DNA of 64,000 nt from Octopus vulgaris (GCA_951406725.2 OX597814.1:185938001-186002000); one strand, 5' to 3'. Shown: positions 26,008 through 40,015, counted from the stretch's first letter. Made by a program: numbers and translations. Notes: generated by a model not told the origin, from the letters alone.

Positions 26008-28137
26008 TTTACCGATAATGGTTCTTTTAACATACCGAACTACTTGGTAAAATTATTAATTATTAATTGATTAATTAATTTTACCCTTTATTATTATTGA
26101 TTATATATATATATATACACACACACATAAGATTAATATGTATACATATTTATATATTTTAATCTTAGTGTAAATATAAAACAAAGGATCTATTGAAAAG
26201 ACTCAAATTAAATAGCACTTGATGACTCACTTCTGTTGCTCAATCATCCGGGTTTGCATCAACACTTCGATTAAATATTTATTATGTCTAAAAATTAATT
26301 TCCTTGTTTGCTACATTGTGTAGTATATAATTATTATCATTGGAAATATCCTGTGAAGCAAACATCTGACATTCTGTAATGAAATTTTAAATGATGGTTA
26401 GTTTAATACAATTAAACAGTGGTTCCCATATTAACTAACACATTAACAAATATCATACACCTTGTTATTCTCTTCATACACGGAAAAAAAATAAAGGAGA
26501 TTGCCCTGATATATTTCACAATTTGTTAGTCACTCAAAAGAAGACAAGTATTCCGTTAACCTTCTACCTGCAAAACAGAAGTTACAATAAATTGTTGTTT
26601 AAATCAAACACAAGCCAGAACTTAGATGTAAAGATTAAACTATTTAAGATACTGTATGTTTATTGCATCCTTCAAAACTTCCATGCATCCTGAGATTCGC
26701 CAACACTACACCTGATTTTCTCCCCTCCATACACACGCAAGCATGTATCTGACTGATGCACTGTTCACTTCCCAGACATTTGTACATTACTGCATATGCT
26801 TTATATGCACTTTTGACAAGTTGTGGTGCACCTGAGCACTGTATACAATAATTTCATTATTATTATAATTAGTTAATTAATAAATATTTACGTACAACAC
26901 ACCATGCATTAGAAGCCCAAGATAATTCATAGTTAAACTATAGTTTGTTATGCTGCTTTCACTATGAAACTTAGAACAGATGTAAATACACCAGTATTCA
27001 ACTATTTAAAATTGATCTCGGGTTTCTGATATACAGATATTTATTAACTAAAATCAATTATGTTACAACTTGTGACCATCATCTCACAAAGAGTACTAAA
27101 CTTCAGGGTACTATAATTTCCCCATGTACTACTTGGTGTAGTATCTAATTATTATCATTGGATATAATAATATCCAATGATATTATGGAAAGAGTACTAA
27201 ATTCAAAGTTATTCATCCATATTGCAATGTACATAAATTTTGATATTGTATGTTAGAGTAAAGACCCCCTTCGGTCAAGAATGATTATGAGATTGCACCT
27301 AGAAAGTTACCCTCTGAGGCATAAATCCGGGTACCGTTGTTTTGTAGAAAACCAACAGTTTCCCATGCATACCAGCCTCCCTTCTCCATACCACCGATGA
27401 CATCCAAGGGAAAGCCAAAGGCCGATACAGTTTGACTCTCGGAGTGGTTGGTGTTAGGAAGGGCATCCAGCTGTAGAAACTCTGCCAGATCAGATTGGAG
27501 TCTGGTTTGCCAGCCCTCAGTCAAATCGTCCAACCCATGCTAGCATGGAAAGCGGACGTTAAATGATGATGATGATGATGATGATGTTGCAACTCATTTT
27601 TACAGGTGAGTGAACTGGAGCAATATAAAATAAAGTGCCTTGCTCAAGAACGCAACACACAGCCCAGTCTGAGAATTGAACTCACTACCTCATGATTGTG
27701 AGCCCAATGCTCTAACCACTAAGCAATGCACCTTCACTTATTGTACTTTAACATCATTTAAAAACAAAATAGTGTATCACCAATTTTTTTTTTTTTCCTA
27801 TTCAGCATATTTCAACATTCATTAGTTTAATGTCTACTTTTCCTTGCTCATTGTAGATCAGACAGAATCTGTTGAGGCAGATTTTCTAAGGTCTGATGCC
27901 CTTCTTCTTACCAACCTTTACCTCCTTCCAAATAAGATAATATTTCCTCATGATCAGACATGCTTTAGAGAAGACTGGAAACAAAGGATACTGCTTGCAT
28001 GATGATGATACTCATTTACAACTATCATACAATGTCAAGACAATGAGACTAACACACATGCACACTCATATACTCACAAATACATACATATATGTACATA
28101 TTCAGATAGAAACTGAAAGAAACCTTCATATTAAAAA

Positions 28138-28181
<44 letters not shown>

Positions 28182-28329
28182 AGTCACTTGAATTGCTAAA
28201 AAAGAAAAACAAAAAGACAGTTAAATCTCCCCAAATTACACCCTAGTTATTATGATTTTAACACCCACTTTTCCGTGTGTGTGTGTCTATATATATATAT
28301 AAAATATATATATATAAAATACATGAAAA

Positions 28330-28404
<75 letters not shown>

Positions 28405-28879
28405 CACACACATATATATATAAGGTAACAAACTAAGGAAAGAAATTCCTTCAAAGGGGTATGTAAAACATCCACTTCACTGGTACATTAGTTGAATACC
28501 ACATAGATATGGGTATAATGCAAATTACAAACAAATTGTGCTGGTGGCATGTAAAAAGCACCCACTACACTCTCGGAGTCACTGGCATTAAGAAGGGCAT
28601 CCAACCGTAGATACACTGCCAGATCAAAATCTTATATTTGATATTAATTGATTGAAGGAGAGGTTTTCTTCTAGCTGCTCATCCATAATACCCAAGCTTA
28701 TGCAGATATGTAACACATGTTCTTGGACTAACTTCTAGCTGACTAACTTCTAGCCTTCAAACGGGGTTTGAAGTGAAGGCAGCATGTTCATTGTCTATCT
28801 CCTTAACTTCTTGGAGATTTTAGGTAAAATTATACTAATGTGTCCATCTGTTTTAATTTAATTAAATTCTATGTCTTTG

Positions 28880-28965
28880 TGCAGCTGAGGATTGCTCTGC
28901 ATTTAAATTGATGTAATGGTTGCATTGTTCAATTAAATGGAGTTGTGTGAAACGATCATACTGCA
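28880..28965 (+). ncRNA. Type I minimal hammerhead-like motif
   Basis: TGCAG-CTGAGGA-TTGC...GTGT-GAAAC-GATC-ATA-CTGCA. Downstream tail CTTGTTGCTTATTTTGATAT is shared with the 3351 copy. Confidence 0.7.
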
Positions 28966-29295
28966 TTACCTCTGGATATCCTTGTTGCTTATTTTGATAT
29001 TTATATATATATGTATATATACACACACATACAACAGTTAATAGTTTATATGGAAAAAGACAGCATGCTGGCAGAATCATTAGCATGCCAGATGAAATGA
29101 TTAAAAGTATTTCACCCATCTTCATGTTCTGAGTTCAAATTCTGCTGAGGTTGACATTGCCTTTCATCCTCTTGGAGTTGATAAAATAAGCACCAGTTGA
29201 GCCCTTCCTGTTATCAACCCTCTTTGACTAGATATATTTACTCAGAAGATTGGAAATGAAGGGCACCACTTCTATGATGGTGGCAATTGCTTTAG

Positions 29296-29528
29296 GGCAG
29301 CGAACAGGCACAATCGTTAGCAGGCTGGGCGAACTGCCTAGCGGTATTTCGTCTGCCGTTACATTCTGAGTTCAAATTTCTCCGAGGTCGACTTTGCCTT
29401 TCATCCTTTCGGGGTCGATTAAATAAGTACCAGTTACACACTGGGGTCGATGTAATCGACTTAATCCCTTTGTCTGTCCTTGTTTGTCCCCTCTATGTTT
29501 AGCCCCCTGTGGGCAATTAAAAAATAAA
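29296..29528 (+). mobile_element. Family B SINE; further copies about 34827-35058, 46365-46575, 61058-61270, 62230-62460 (+) and 43590-43795 (-)
   Basis: GGC.G.GA.CTGGCAGAA.CGTTAGCA head, GAGTTCAAATT B-box, GCCTTTCATCCTTTCGGGGTCGAT core. Confidence 0.85.
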
Positions 29529-31864
29529 TTGCTTATAACAATCACATGATGTTAGGACGAGATACAAACACACACACACACACACCTCAGTTTCCATCTC
29601 CCAAATCTACTACAATGCTTTGATCAGACAGAGACTATAGTCAAAGAGAAGTGACCAAGCTTCCACTCAGTGGGAATGAACCCAGAACTATGAAGTTTGG
29701 AAGCAGTTTTAACCCACACAACCATGCCTGGGCTTATAACCGTCTCTATGAGTAAAACTGACAATTACCAATTATCCTAGCCAAGGTAAGAGATGTTTTC
29801 CAGCTACTTCACACTTTGAAAACTGCTATGAGTCACAGCCCATCATTACTGAGCTAATAGGTGACAGGAAAGGGTTAAAAAGGCCAAAAAGGAAAAAATA
29901 TATCATTACAATCATTATTGTTGTTGGTTTACTTTACAAAGACTGATTTTACCCCAAGAGAATTCTTACTTGTATCCATGTCAAGCATTATTCTATTTGT
30001 TAGGCTTAACAATCTGAAAGTGTGATCTAAATACCAGATTTAAACACTCTCCAATTTGGTCTCTACCGTTGTACACAATTCTTGTATTTTAATGCTTTTA
30101 CACAAAATTCATGCTAAGCTGCTCTGTCCATAACATCTGGGTCACGAGTATTTTATAAGTGGCTAATTTGAAATGCAAACGTTAAAGCCTGAGTTACCAT
30201 GCCAGCAGCTCTCTTTTATCACGTCAGTAGACACTGAACAGAAATGAGAATATAATGAAACAAAATCCCTACTGGTAACTAAGATTGAACTTAGACTTAG
30301 AATTCACGGAACTAGAAATTACAGTTTGTTAAATTTGGCCAAGTACCAATACCTCAAAGACATTGGCAGTGTAGTTCAAGCTGAAAGAAAAACAAGGTTT
30401 ATTATTTTAAATCAATGTGTATGTATTTAAATAGAGTAGTTAGCAGTGATAACCCTTCGAAAATATGTTAACACCATTTCACAGCTTGGAGTCGAATTTA
30501 TGGGAAGCAGCCCACCGAATGGATATATTCTACATCTAAAAATGTTGGTTTCTAAGAGTGATGAATATGTATAAATTACCGGAAGGATTGAGTGAGAAGA
30601 GAACAGCCTTTCAGTTATACTTCGACTGAGGTTGTTTCTTTTTTTTTTCTTACTTCGTTTGTTTTGTTTTAATTTTTTTTTTTTCATTCTCTCTGTTGCC
30701 TCAAAGTGAGAGTGGTTATGTCATTTTGTTCACAAGCAGATTGTAACTATATTAATATAGGTTGACTTTTAAAAAGACATCCTGGAAGAGAAAACCATTT
30801 ATAAAAGAGAAGGCAAAGAAAGGAAAAATAAGTATTTGCTTGACTGATCCTACCTCTGAGATCTCAATTGCCTAGTTTTCAGTTCAACTCAAGTTTTCCC
30901 CCTGCTGCTGAATGGTGGCAATTGTCAAAAGAACAGCCTCTCTAGGAAGTCATGTGGAAAGTTTTCTCTTTCTACTTGAAGTTACTGTTAAAAGAAAATC
31001 TATGAAAATATTCTTTTTGGCTCAAAATAAAGTTTACTAAAAGAATTCTTAAAGAAACTCACATCCAGTTAATGAACAAATTAAATTTTCACTTTATTCT
31101 CCTGCTTCCTTTCATTATACTGACACTTAAAGTACCCCTATTCTCTTTGTATTTCTGATAGTCTTAGAAGTAAATAACTTTTTCAGACAGTAGAAATTTT
31201 AATTATTCATATCCAATGTTAACATGAATTAGACATAAGTAGTCTTATATCTATCATCTCAGGACAGTTAATTTTTGTGGTCTTGTCTATTTACCTTTCA
31301 ATGGTACCATAGAAATCCAGCAAGTCAGTTTTATACAGTCTGTAAGCAGTGGAAGCAGCTTGTAATTTATGAATGTTTGTCATGCTCATAACATCAAGCT
31401 CATAAGGTCCTAAAGAAACCATTCATTTTCCTACATCTGTTTTCCAATCCTTACATAAATATGAAGGTTTGTTCCTCTGCTGTTTAAATCTGTCATTTCA
31501 ACTACTGACCCTGATTCTTTTAAATCACTCATTACAACCTTATCAGATCTTAGGTCGGCATTTAATGACTAATAATGGCTATTAGCCTGCAACTCCTTTT
31601 CATCTAGTTCTTCCATTTCTCATCATAGAAACTATTTATTTATATCATACTAAGGTTTCAGATCTGTCTAATATTTCTCGCAAAGATTTTGTCTGTCTCA
31701 AGTAAAGATATATTGTTCTTAATACTTAACAAGCCACCACAGCAATCACTTTATTTACCCACACAAAAATTCTTCAGAATTAAGTCTTGTGCTTTCATTT
31801 ATATTGAAGATAGTAAGAATGTAAGAGGTAGTCAAAACTATGTGAAGACTTACCAAATATTTTA

Positions 31865-32174
31865 AACTTTTTCTTGACCACATTTCAAATGAAATACTGT
31901 GACTTCATTTCAATTAATTTTGAAACTAATGAAAAAATTAGTAAAATAACTTCATCATTGTTAAGCTGATGTTTGGAACATTAATTACGATGAAATTTTG
32001 ATGGAAGTTTTGCCATGCTCATAACATCAAGCTCAAATCCTCATAAGGTCTTAAAGAAATCATTCATTTTGCTACATCTGTTTTTCAATCCTTACATAAA
32101 TATGGAAGATCACTTTAAAACAGGAAGGTTTTATAGAACCAGGGGTGGTCTCGGGTGAATTGGTATCAAAAGGG
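31865..32174. mobile_element. Old piggyBac-like MITE carrying a ~95-bp insert copied from 31378-31465
   Basis: Collinear with the reverse complement of 61971-62190 on both sides of the insert. Ends AAAAGGG|TTAA. Confidence 0.7.
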
Positions 32175-32309
32175 TTAAAGTTGTACCTATAATACACTAC
32201 AGTAATTGCAAAGTACTTCACGGTTATAAGCTCAAATTCCACTTATGTCAATTTTATTTTTCACATTTCCACATTCACTTAAATAAATTGCAATAATTGA
32301 TTATTTTAA

Positions 32310-32555
32310 TTACGGAGATGTACTTGCATAGCAAGTGATCTGATCTGAGATCTTGAGCTGAAACGAAAACAATTGCAGCGTGGAAGGTGTTTATAAGCCA
32401 TTGAAGAAACACACAAAAACTGTTAGATTCACTTAGGTCACAGCCTCAAAGCGACGAAAATATTTTGACAAATTAAATTTTAATGTTGAAGTGAATCAAA
32501 CAGTTTTTGTGTGTTTCTTAAATGGCTTATAAACACCTTCCACAATGCAATTGTT
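32310..32555. mobile_element. Fold-back pLTR-like element (same family as 39382-39602)
   Basis: Inverted arms 32368-32434 / 32489-32555. The spacer holds ...GAC-GAAAATATTTT-GACAAA (3' half of an HHR-like motif). Confidence 0.75.
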
Positions 32556-33204
32556 GTGATTATTTTAAATTATTAAGAAAATAAAAATTACAAATACAGC
32601 AGAAAACAAAATTAGATGTTTTACAAATCCCTTTTTTAAAGCTACATTCTTTTTACAGTTAAAATCCTATCAGATCTGATGTTACCTTCTATTTGTTTGG
32701 CATTAATATAAAATAAATGCTAGTAATACTTAAAGTAACAGCCATCAACAAACATACCATCTACCCTTCAAAAACTTTGATAGAAGCTGAGTGAAAAGTA
32801 ATTTAAGATTATTGGCATTCACAGAAAATAATAGCCATTCTTAAATTTGACCTTTGTTTCCCAAATCTATTTTGTTGACCCCCACCTCAAATATCAGATC
32901 TCCTTTTAGTACTCATTCTAAAACAGACTAGTTTGAGATACACTGGTCTAAACGACATTTAATTCTTAATTTCCCCAACCATCTTTCTAGCTCACAAAAA
33001 AGTCAATCTAGTCCTCTGGCACAACAAATTACACATTCATCAAATCATATTTACCTCAACCTTTCTCTAAATATCTAATGTTTCTTTTTTTTATTCTTTC
33101 TTTTTTATCCTAAAGTATTAGGCATCCATTTTCTGATACATATGTCATTGGAGCTTGTACTTTAGAGATGTAGAATATAAAGGTATATGTCTGTCTCTCT
33201 CTCA

Positions 33205-33264
<60 letters not shown>

Positions 33265-33567
33265 ATGATGATGATATTTATATACATACATATATATATA
33301 TATATATATACACACAGACATATATACAGGGACATATAAATACATACATAGGGGTATATATAAATATATACATACATATATAAATACATACATACATTGG
33401 GGTATACATAAATATATACATATATAGCGATATATATAAATTACATACATATATAGCAATATATAAATACATATATATGGAAATATATAAATACATACAT
33501 ATAAAACGGATACATATATATATATGTATATGTATGTTGAGAGAGAGAAAGAGAGAGCATATATACT

Positions 33568-33606
<39 letters not shown>

Positions 33607-33784
33607 ACACATATATATGTATATGTATATATGTAAATATATGTATATATCCTCATTGATTTGACTACTTAAATATACCTATTAAATAATTAATAATTCT
33701 GGAAACAGTTTGTTTATTTTGGTTTTTTTCTTGCAAGAATGGAACTAGGTTATATGCTAGGGATGGATGATTTGTAGGATAGGT

Positions 33785-33920
33785 AGATGGATGGATGGAT
33801 GGATGGATGGATGGATGGATGGATGGATGGATGGATGGATGGATGGATGGATGGGTGGATGGGTGGGTGGATGGATGGATGGGTGGGTGGGTGGATGGAT
33901 GGATTGATGGATGGATAGAT
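33785..33920. repeat. (GGAT)n microsatellite
   Basis: Direct reading. Confidence 0.9.
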
Positions 33921-35144
33921 ATACTGTCAGACAAACATATGGAAAGACAGGCACACAGACAGACATGCAGGGAGACATGCAGACAGACACGCAAAGAGGC
34001 AGATAAAATAGGTGGATAGACAGATAGACAGATACAAATAAAAAGATTGAAAGACAGATAAATAAATAAGGAAACAGGCAAACATAATAGGTTCTTAACA
34101 CAAAAAGGTCATATAATTTAGAGCAGTGTGTTCTTCTCCATTTTAGCCATTAGAGAATTGTTGAAACGCATATAGGTTTCAGTTTTCTGTTGCTTAGAAG
34201 TGGTGATATTATTTACTTCCTAATAATCTCATAAATAAGCCTACTTGCAGACAGATTACATTTCAATATTCAAATATTAGAAATATCTGCGAAAATTCTT
34301 AAGGTTTTCCATTTCTGATCTACCAGTGACACTCAGTTTGAAACCTACTCTACATACTGAAGATTACATTCTCAAAGAGCAGAGCAGAACAAGACACGAA
34401 GCAGCATCTTCCATTGTTTTTATTGTTTAAATGATGTTTTATTTATTATTCTTTGTGATGTAATTCCAAAAGAAAGAGGATGTCGTGTATTTGTTGTTGT
34501 TTTTGTTGAGCCTAGATTGTTCCTGATAGAGCAAACTTAGGGCAAAAGCACTCCAGCTGTGACCATCCCATTTAATTTTAAGACATACGTGCATAGTGTA
34601 TCTAGCAATACATTAAGCAATGTGCCCTTCATCTTTCCTCAAGCAGAAAACAATGTGATCTGAGGATGATTTTGCTGACTTTCATATCAAGTTGAACACA
34701 ACATGAACCATGTCCTTTGTTGGCTCATCTTCATGTATATCAGTTTACAAAGACGGAAGAAGCAATAATCCTAAACATAGAGTAACATATGATGCTATGA
34801 CACACACTCGGTGAGTGTGTGTCCTAGGTGAGCTGGCAGAAACGTTAGCACGCCAGGCAAAATGCTTAGTGGTATTTTGTCTGCCGTTACATTCTGAGTT
34901 CAAATTCTGTCGAGGTTGACTTTGCCTTTCATCCTTTCGAGGTCGATAAATTAAGTACCAGTTATGCACTGGGGTCGATGTAATCGACTTAATCCCTTTG
35001 TCTATCCTTGTTTGTCCCTTCTGTGTTTAGCCCCTTGTGGGCAATAAAGAAATAAAATAAGACACACACTCTGCTTTGGGAAGGAAATTTGCATAAGGGG
35101 TGCAAACCCAGGTCCAAAATTTTTTTACAAACAAGGTTAAGACC

Positions 35145-35540
35145 TTTTATTCTTTTATTTGTTTCAGTCATTTGACTGTGGCCATGCTGGAGTGCCACTT
35201 TTAGTCAAACAAATCAACCCCAGAACTTATTTCTTAAGCCTAGTACTTATTATATCTGTCTCTTTGGCCAAACTGCTAAGTTACAAGGGCGTAAACACTA
35301 CAACACCAGTCATCAAACAGTGATTGGGGGACAAACACAGACACAAAGACACACACATGTAGATACATACATACATACATACATACATACATACAATGGG
35401 TTTCTCTCAGTTTCCATATACCAAATCCACCCAAAAGGCTTTAGTCAGCCTGAGGCTATAGCAGAAGACAGTAACCTAAGATGCCATGCAGTGGAACCAT
35501 GTGGTTGGGAAGCGAGCAAGCTTCTCACCAGACAGCCATA
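35145..35540 (-). mobile_element. Family A SINE; further copies 39751-40165, 41291-41706, 49591-49935 (-) and 17525-17925, 38524-38927, 51479-51900, 60078-60461 (+)
   Basis: Same head, body and tail as 24171-24600. Confidence 0.88.
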
Positions 35541-36130
35541 TTTTTAAAATATATTTTAGTTCTTTGCTCTTTGAGAAGAAATCTAAAATCAAGCTACATC
35601 TTACACACTGTTTTCTAAACTTGAGAAAAGTAAGTAGGGGTGCAAATTTTGATCTTACATTCCATGCACCCTCTGTACCTAGGCCACACACACAATGAAA
35701 CGGAGTAATGTCACTCAACAGGCTGTTTAACTTGGAGATCATGAGTCTCTTCAGGTCAAGTCTCTACTTCCTTGCACTGAAAGATCACCATTCCAGTACA
35801 ATGAATATGTTATTAGAATGTTCCTGGGATGAATCACAACATGGATTCCTGTAGCCAAGCCACCTGGTAGGACACTTAATGGTAGACCAACAAATGAAAT
35901 GGTTAGACATTATTCATAGCCCATGGATAATTTGATAAAAGTTAAATTAGAACTATTTTATGTATGCCACATTTCCTGATATTACTCATGGCAGCAAGAA
36001 ATACACTTCCAAAATTACTTGTCTTATGTGTATATATGTGAATGCAAGTGTATGTGTGTACATACATATATACATACACACATACATGATGGCCGTCCAC
36101 TCATGACCGAGGAAGACTATTGCTGACCTT

Positions 36131-37450
36131 CATCATCATCGTTTAACACCCATTTTCCATGCTGGCATGGGTTGGACAGTTTGACTGTCTTAATTCATAT
36201 GTAACACATGGCCATACCAGCACAGTCACCTCTCTTGCACACCACATTTGATGCTCCTTATGCCCAACTTTTCTGGCAGGGCGCTTACATTCTCTATGCA
36301 CACTGACATTACACATCCAATGGATCATATTAGCTTCATTTCTTTCAAGCCTACACATGTCCTCAGCATTCATGGCCCATGTTTCACTACCGTATAGAAA
36401 GGTAGTTCGCATGCATGCATCATACAGACTACCTTTGACCCTGAGTGAGAGGCCTTTAGTTACCAGCAGAGGTCGGAGCTCCCTGAACTTTGCCCAGGCT
36501 ATTCTTACTCTAGTTGCTACACTCTCAGAGCAACTGCCCCCCACTACAGACTTGGTCACCTTGATAGCAGAAGCTATTAACTACTTGTAGTTTTTCTCCC
36601 TGGCATGTGATGGAATCTGTTTTCTGTACATCTTCAGTGTTTATTGTCCCAGTGCATCTGCCACACACAAAAACTATTTTCCCGGTTAACCTTCCTTTGA
36701 TATTGCTGCACCTCTTATGTGTCCATAGCTTACACTGGGTACAACATATGGAGTTTCTACCCATACCTTTTCTACAGATTAAGCAGGGTCATCTACCTGA
36801 AGGGGCTTGTGATTTGACACCCTTCCTAATTACTAAAACTTTGGTTTAGGCTAGGTTAACCCTAAGGCCCTTCAATTCTATACCTTGCTTCCACACCCAA
36901 AACTTCATCTCCAGTTCTGGCAGTGACTCGGCTATTAGAGCAAAGTAATCAGCATAGAGGAACTCCCAGGGGCAACCTGTCTTGAATTCCTCTGTTAATG
37001 CCTGGAGGACTATAATGAATAAGAGGGTGGCTGAGGACTGAACATTGGTGAATCTGCTTCTATTCAGAATTCTTCAGTATACTCATTGCCAACACTCACA
37101 CTACTGACAGCTTCCCTGTACAGAGCTTGTACAGATCTTACCAGCCACTCATCTATCCCCAGTTTCTGCACTGACCACCCTGTCAAAGGCTTTCTCCAAG
37201 TCAACAAAAGCCAAGTACAAAGGTTTATCTTTGGCTAGGTATTTCTCCTGCAGTTTCCTTACTAGAAATATAGCATCAGTGGTGCTTGTACCTGGCACAA
37301 AACCAAACTGTGTCTCATCTAGGCTAACTCTCTCCCTAATTAGTTGGGCTATGACCCTCTCTGTAACTTTCACCACCTGATCCAATAATTTGATACCCCT
37401 GTTGTTATTTCTATCCAAAGCATCACCTTTCCCCTTGTAGCAGTTGATAT
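36131..37450 (-). pseudogene. RTE-clade LINE relic (RT, PHD-like Cys cluster, C-terminus)
   Basis: YKGKGDALDRNNNRGIKLL...QFGFVPGTSTTDAIF...AFVDLEKAFDRV; CCTQCKLWTHKRC...CGRC; RVRIAWAKFREL...LYGSETW. Frameshifted. Confidence 0.92.
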
Positions 37451-37507
37451 CTATTTCTAGCATGCAAGGGGTCCACTTAGTGGTCTCTCCTATTGTTCAT
37501 ACATATG

Positions 37508-37543
<36 letters not shown>

Positions 37544-37909
37544 CTATAAAACTTGCTGAACTGTCAGTGTTTATTATAAAATACTTAAATTAAGAGGAGT
37601 GGTTTTTGAAATTTCAGATATCAGATTAGAAATCAAAATAAACTAAAGTCATATAAGGTTATCAAAAAACAAAAACAAAAAAAATTAATGTTAAAAAAAT
37701 TTAATTATTCATTTAAAATTTATATAGATGTAGATAAAATTTCATCTATCAAATGCAAAGATGTAGACTAATATTGTTAAAAATGCTGTAAAATATCAAG
37801 AAATTTTAAATGCTTCAGATAAAGTCTCGGTTTTGACATTGTCCTGATTAAATTATGAGAAAATGTAAATTACTACATTTTTAGCATCATTGCAACAATC
37901 TTTGTAATC

Positions 37910-38450
37910 GCTGTCATCAGCTAAACACTGCTACTGTCATCATTGTCATCATCACCATCACCATCAGTGTCATTGGCATCATCGTTATCATCATCATCAT
38001 CATCACCAGCATTTCCATTACTATCATCATCATCATCATCATCAACATCACCATAATTATCATCATCATCAACATCAACATCACCATAATTATTATCATC
38101 ATCATCAACATCACCATTATTATCATCATCATCATCATCAACATCACCATTATTATTATCATCATCATCATCACCATTATTATTATCATCATCATCATCA
38201 TCACCATCACCATCATCATCATCATCATCACCATTATTATCATCATCATCATCAACACTACCATTATCATCATCATCATTATTATCATCATCATCATCAT
38301 CATCAACATCACCATTATTATCATCTTAATTATCATCCTGATAGCTATCACTGTCTATATCCACCAATGTAGCTGCTAATACCAACAGTGATAGTAGCAC
38401 TGACATCATCATCATCATCATCATCATTATCATCAATACCAACATCACAG
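37910..38450. repeat. (CAT/CAC/ATT)n compound trinucleotide array
   Basis: Direct reading; recurring CATCAACATCACCATWATTAT unit. Confidence 0.9.
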
Positions 38451-39381
38451 ACAAAGATACTATTACATTCAACATTACAACAACAACAATTTCAGTTATA
38501 GAAACAGTATGTCTTTGAAACATAGGTGCAAGAGTGGCTGTGTGGTAAGTAGCTCGCTTACGTACCAAGTGGTTCCGGGTTCAGTCCCACTGCATGGCAC
38601 CTTGGGCAAGTGTCTTCTACTATAGCCTTGGGCTGACCAAAGCTTTGTGAGTGGATTTGGTAGATGGAAACTGAAAGAAGCCTGTCATATATATGAATAT
38701 ATATATATATATATGTATGTATGTGTGTGTATGTAAATGTTTCTGTATCTGTGTTTGTCCCCACAACATTGCTTGACAACTGATGCTGGTGTGTTTACGT
38801 CCCCGTAACTTAGTGAAGCGGCAAAAGAGACCGATAGAATAAGTACTGGGCTTACAAAGAATAAGTCCTGGGTGCAATTAGCTTAACTAAAGGCAGTGCT
38901 CCAGCATGGCCACAGCTTGCCAACTGAAATCATTTTGATATCAAAAATGGTATTTCCAATTTGTATGTGTGTGGGTGTGTGTGTGTGTGTGTGCATGCTT
39001 TGGTATATATATATATGTGTGTGTATGTTTGCACTTTTAAATTACCCATTATGGAAACTCTTCTTCAAAGGAGAAGATTATTGAAGGAACAAAAAAGAAG
39101 GCAGCAATCAAGCTTATCTCCAGAACAATTAGAAATAAGAAGAGAAATAAAAAGACAAAGACATTCCAGTGTCTCACAAAAAAAGAACAAATACAATTAG
39201 GAAAACAATTAAAAAATGCAATTAAAAATAAGTCAGCTACAAAATATCAAAATGAAACAGAAGGTATGAGATCTAATAATGAAGGTAATTCTTAGAGAAC
39301 AACCATTAGAGAGATATCAAAATGAAACAGAGAAAGAAAGAAATTTAAGGAGGCCAAATATGAGAAAAACATCATAAAAAT

Positions 39382-39602
39382 AATTGCAGTGTGGAAGGCG
39401 TTTATAAGCCTTTTGTCGGTGAACAGGTTGCGATCTCAAAGCAACGAAAATATTTTGACAAATTAAATTTAAATGTTGAAGTGAATCTAACGATTTTGTG
39501 TGTTTCTTAAATGGCTTATAAACACCTTCCACGCTGCAATTGTTTTTTTTCCAGCACACGATCTCAAATCAGGTCACTTGCTATGCAAGTACATCTCCGT
39601 AA
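39382..39602 (+). mobile_element. Fold-back pLTR-like element with HHR-like motif at 39412-39462
   Basis: A short inverted arm at 39382-39410 mirrors about 39513-39541. Motif TTTGTCG-GTGAACA-G-GTTGC...GCAAC-GAAA-ATAT-TT-TGACAAA. Confidence 0.7.
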
Positions 39603-39972
39603 CATCATAAAAATGTTCGACAAACCCTACAGAATGGAGTAGAAAATTTCTTTATGGACAACCAATGAGGAATACAAGAATCTGGCATATGAAGTCTTGG
39701 TACAAGAGCAAACATATAAATAACTATATTTCAAAATAAATGTACTCCCTCTTTTACTCTTTTACTTGTTTCAGTCATTTGACTGTGGCCATGCTGGAGC
39801 ACCACCTGTAGTCAAACAAATTGACCCCAGGACTTATTCTTTGTAAGCCTAGTACTTATTCTATCAGTGTCTTTTTGCCGAACCACTAAGTTACGGGGAC
39901 GTAAACATACCAGCATCAGTTGTCAAGTGATGTTGGGGGGACAAACACAGACACAGAAACATATACTCACAC

Positions 39973-40015
<43 letters not shown>

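Noticed and set aside
39051-39360. RRLLKEQKRRQQSSLSPEQLEIRRE resembling a Helitron Rep N-terminus
   Set aside because: Short, low-complexity, with stops and no Rep or helicase motif.
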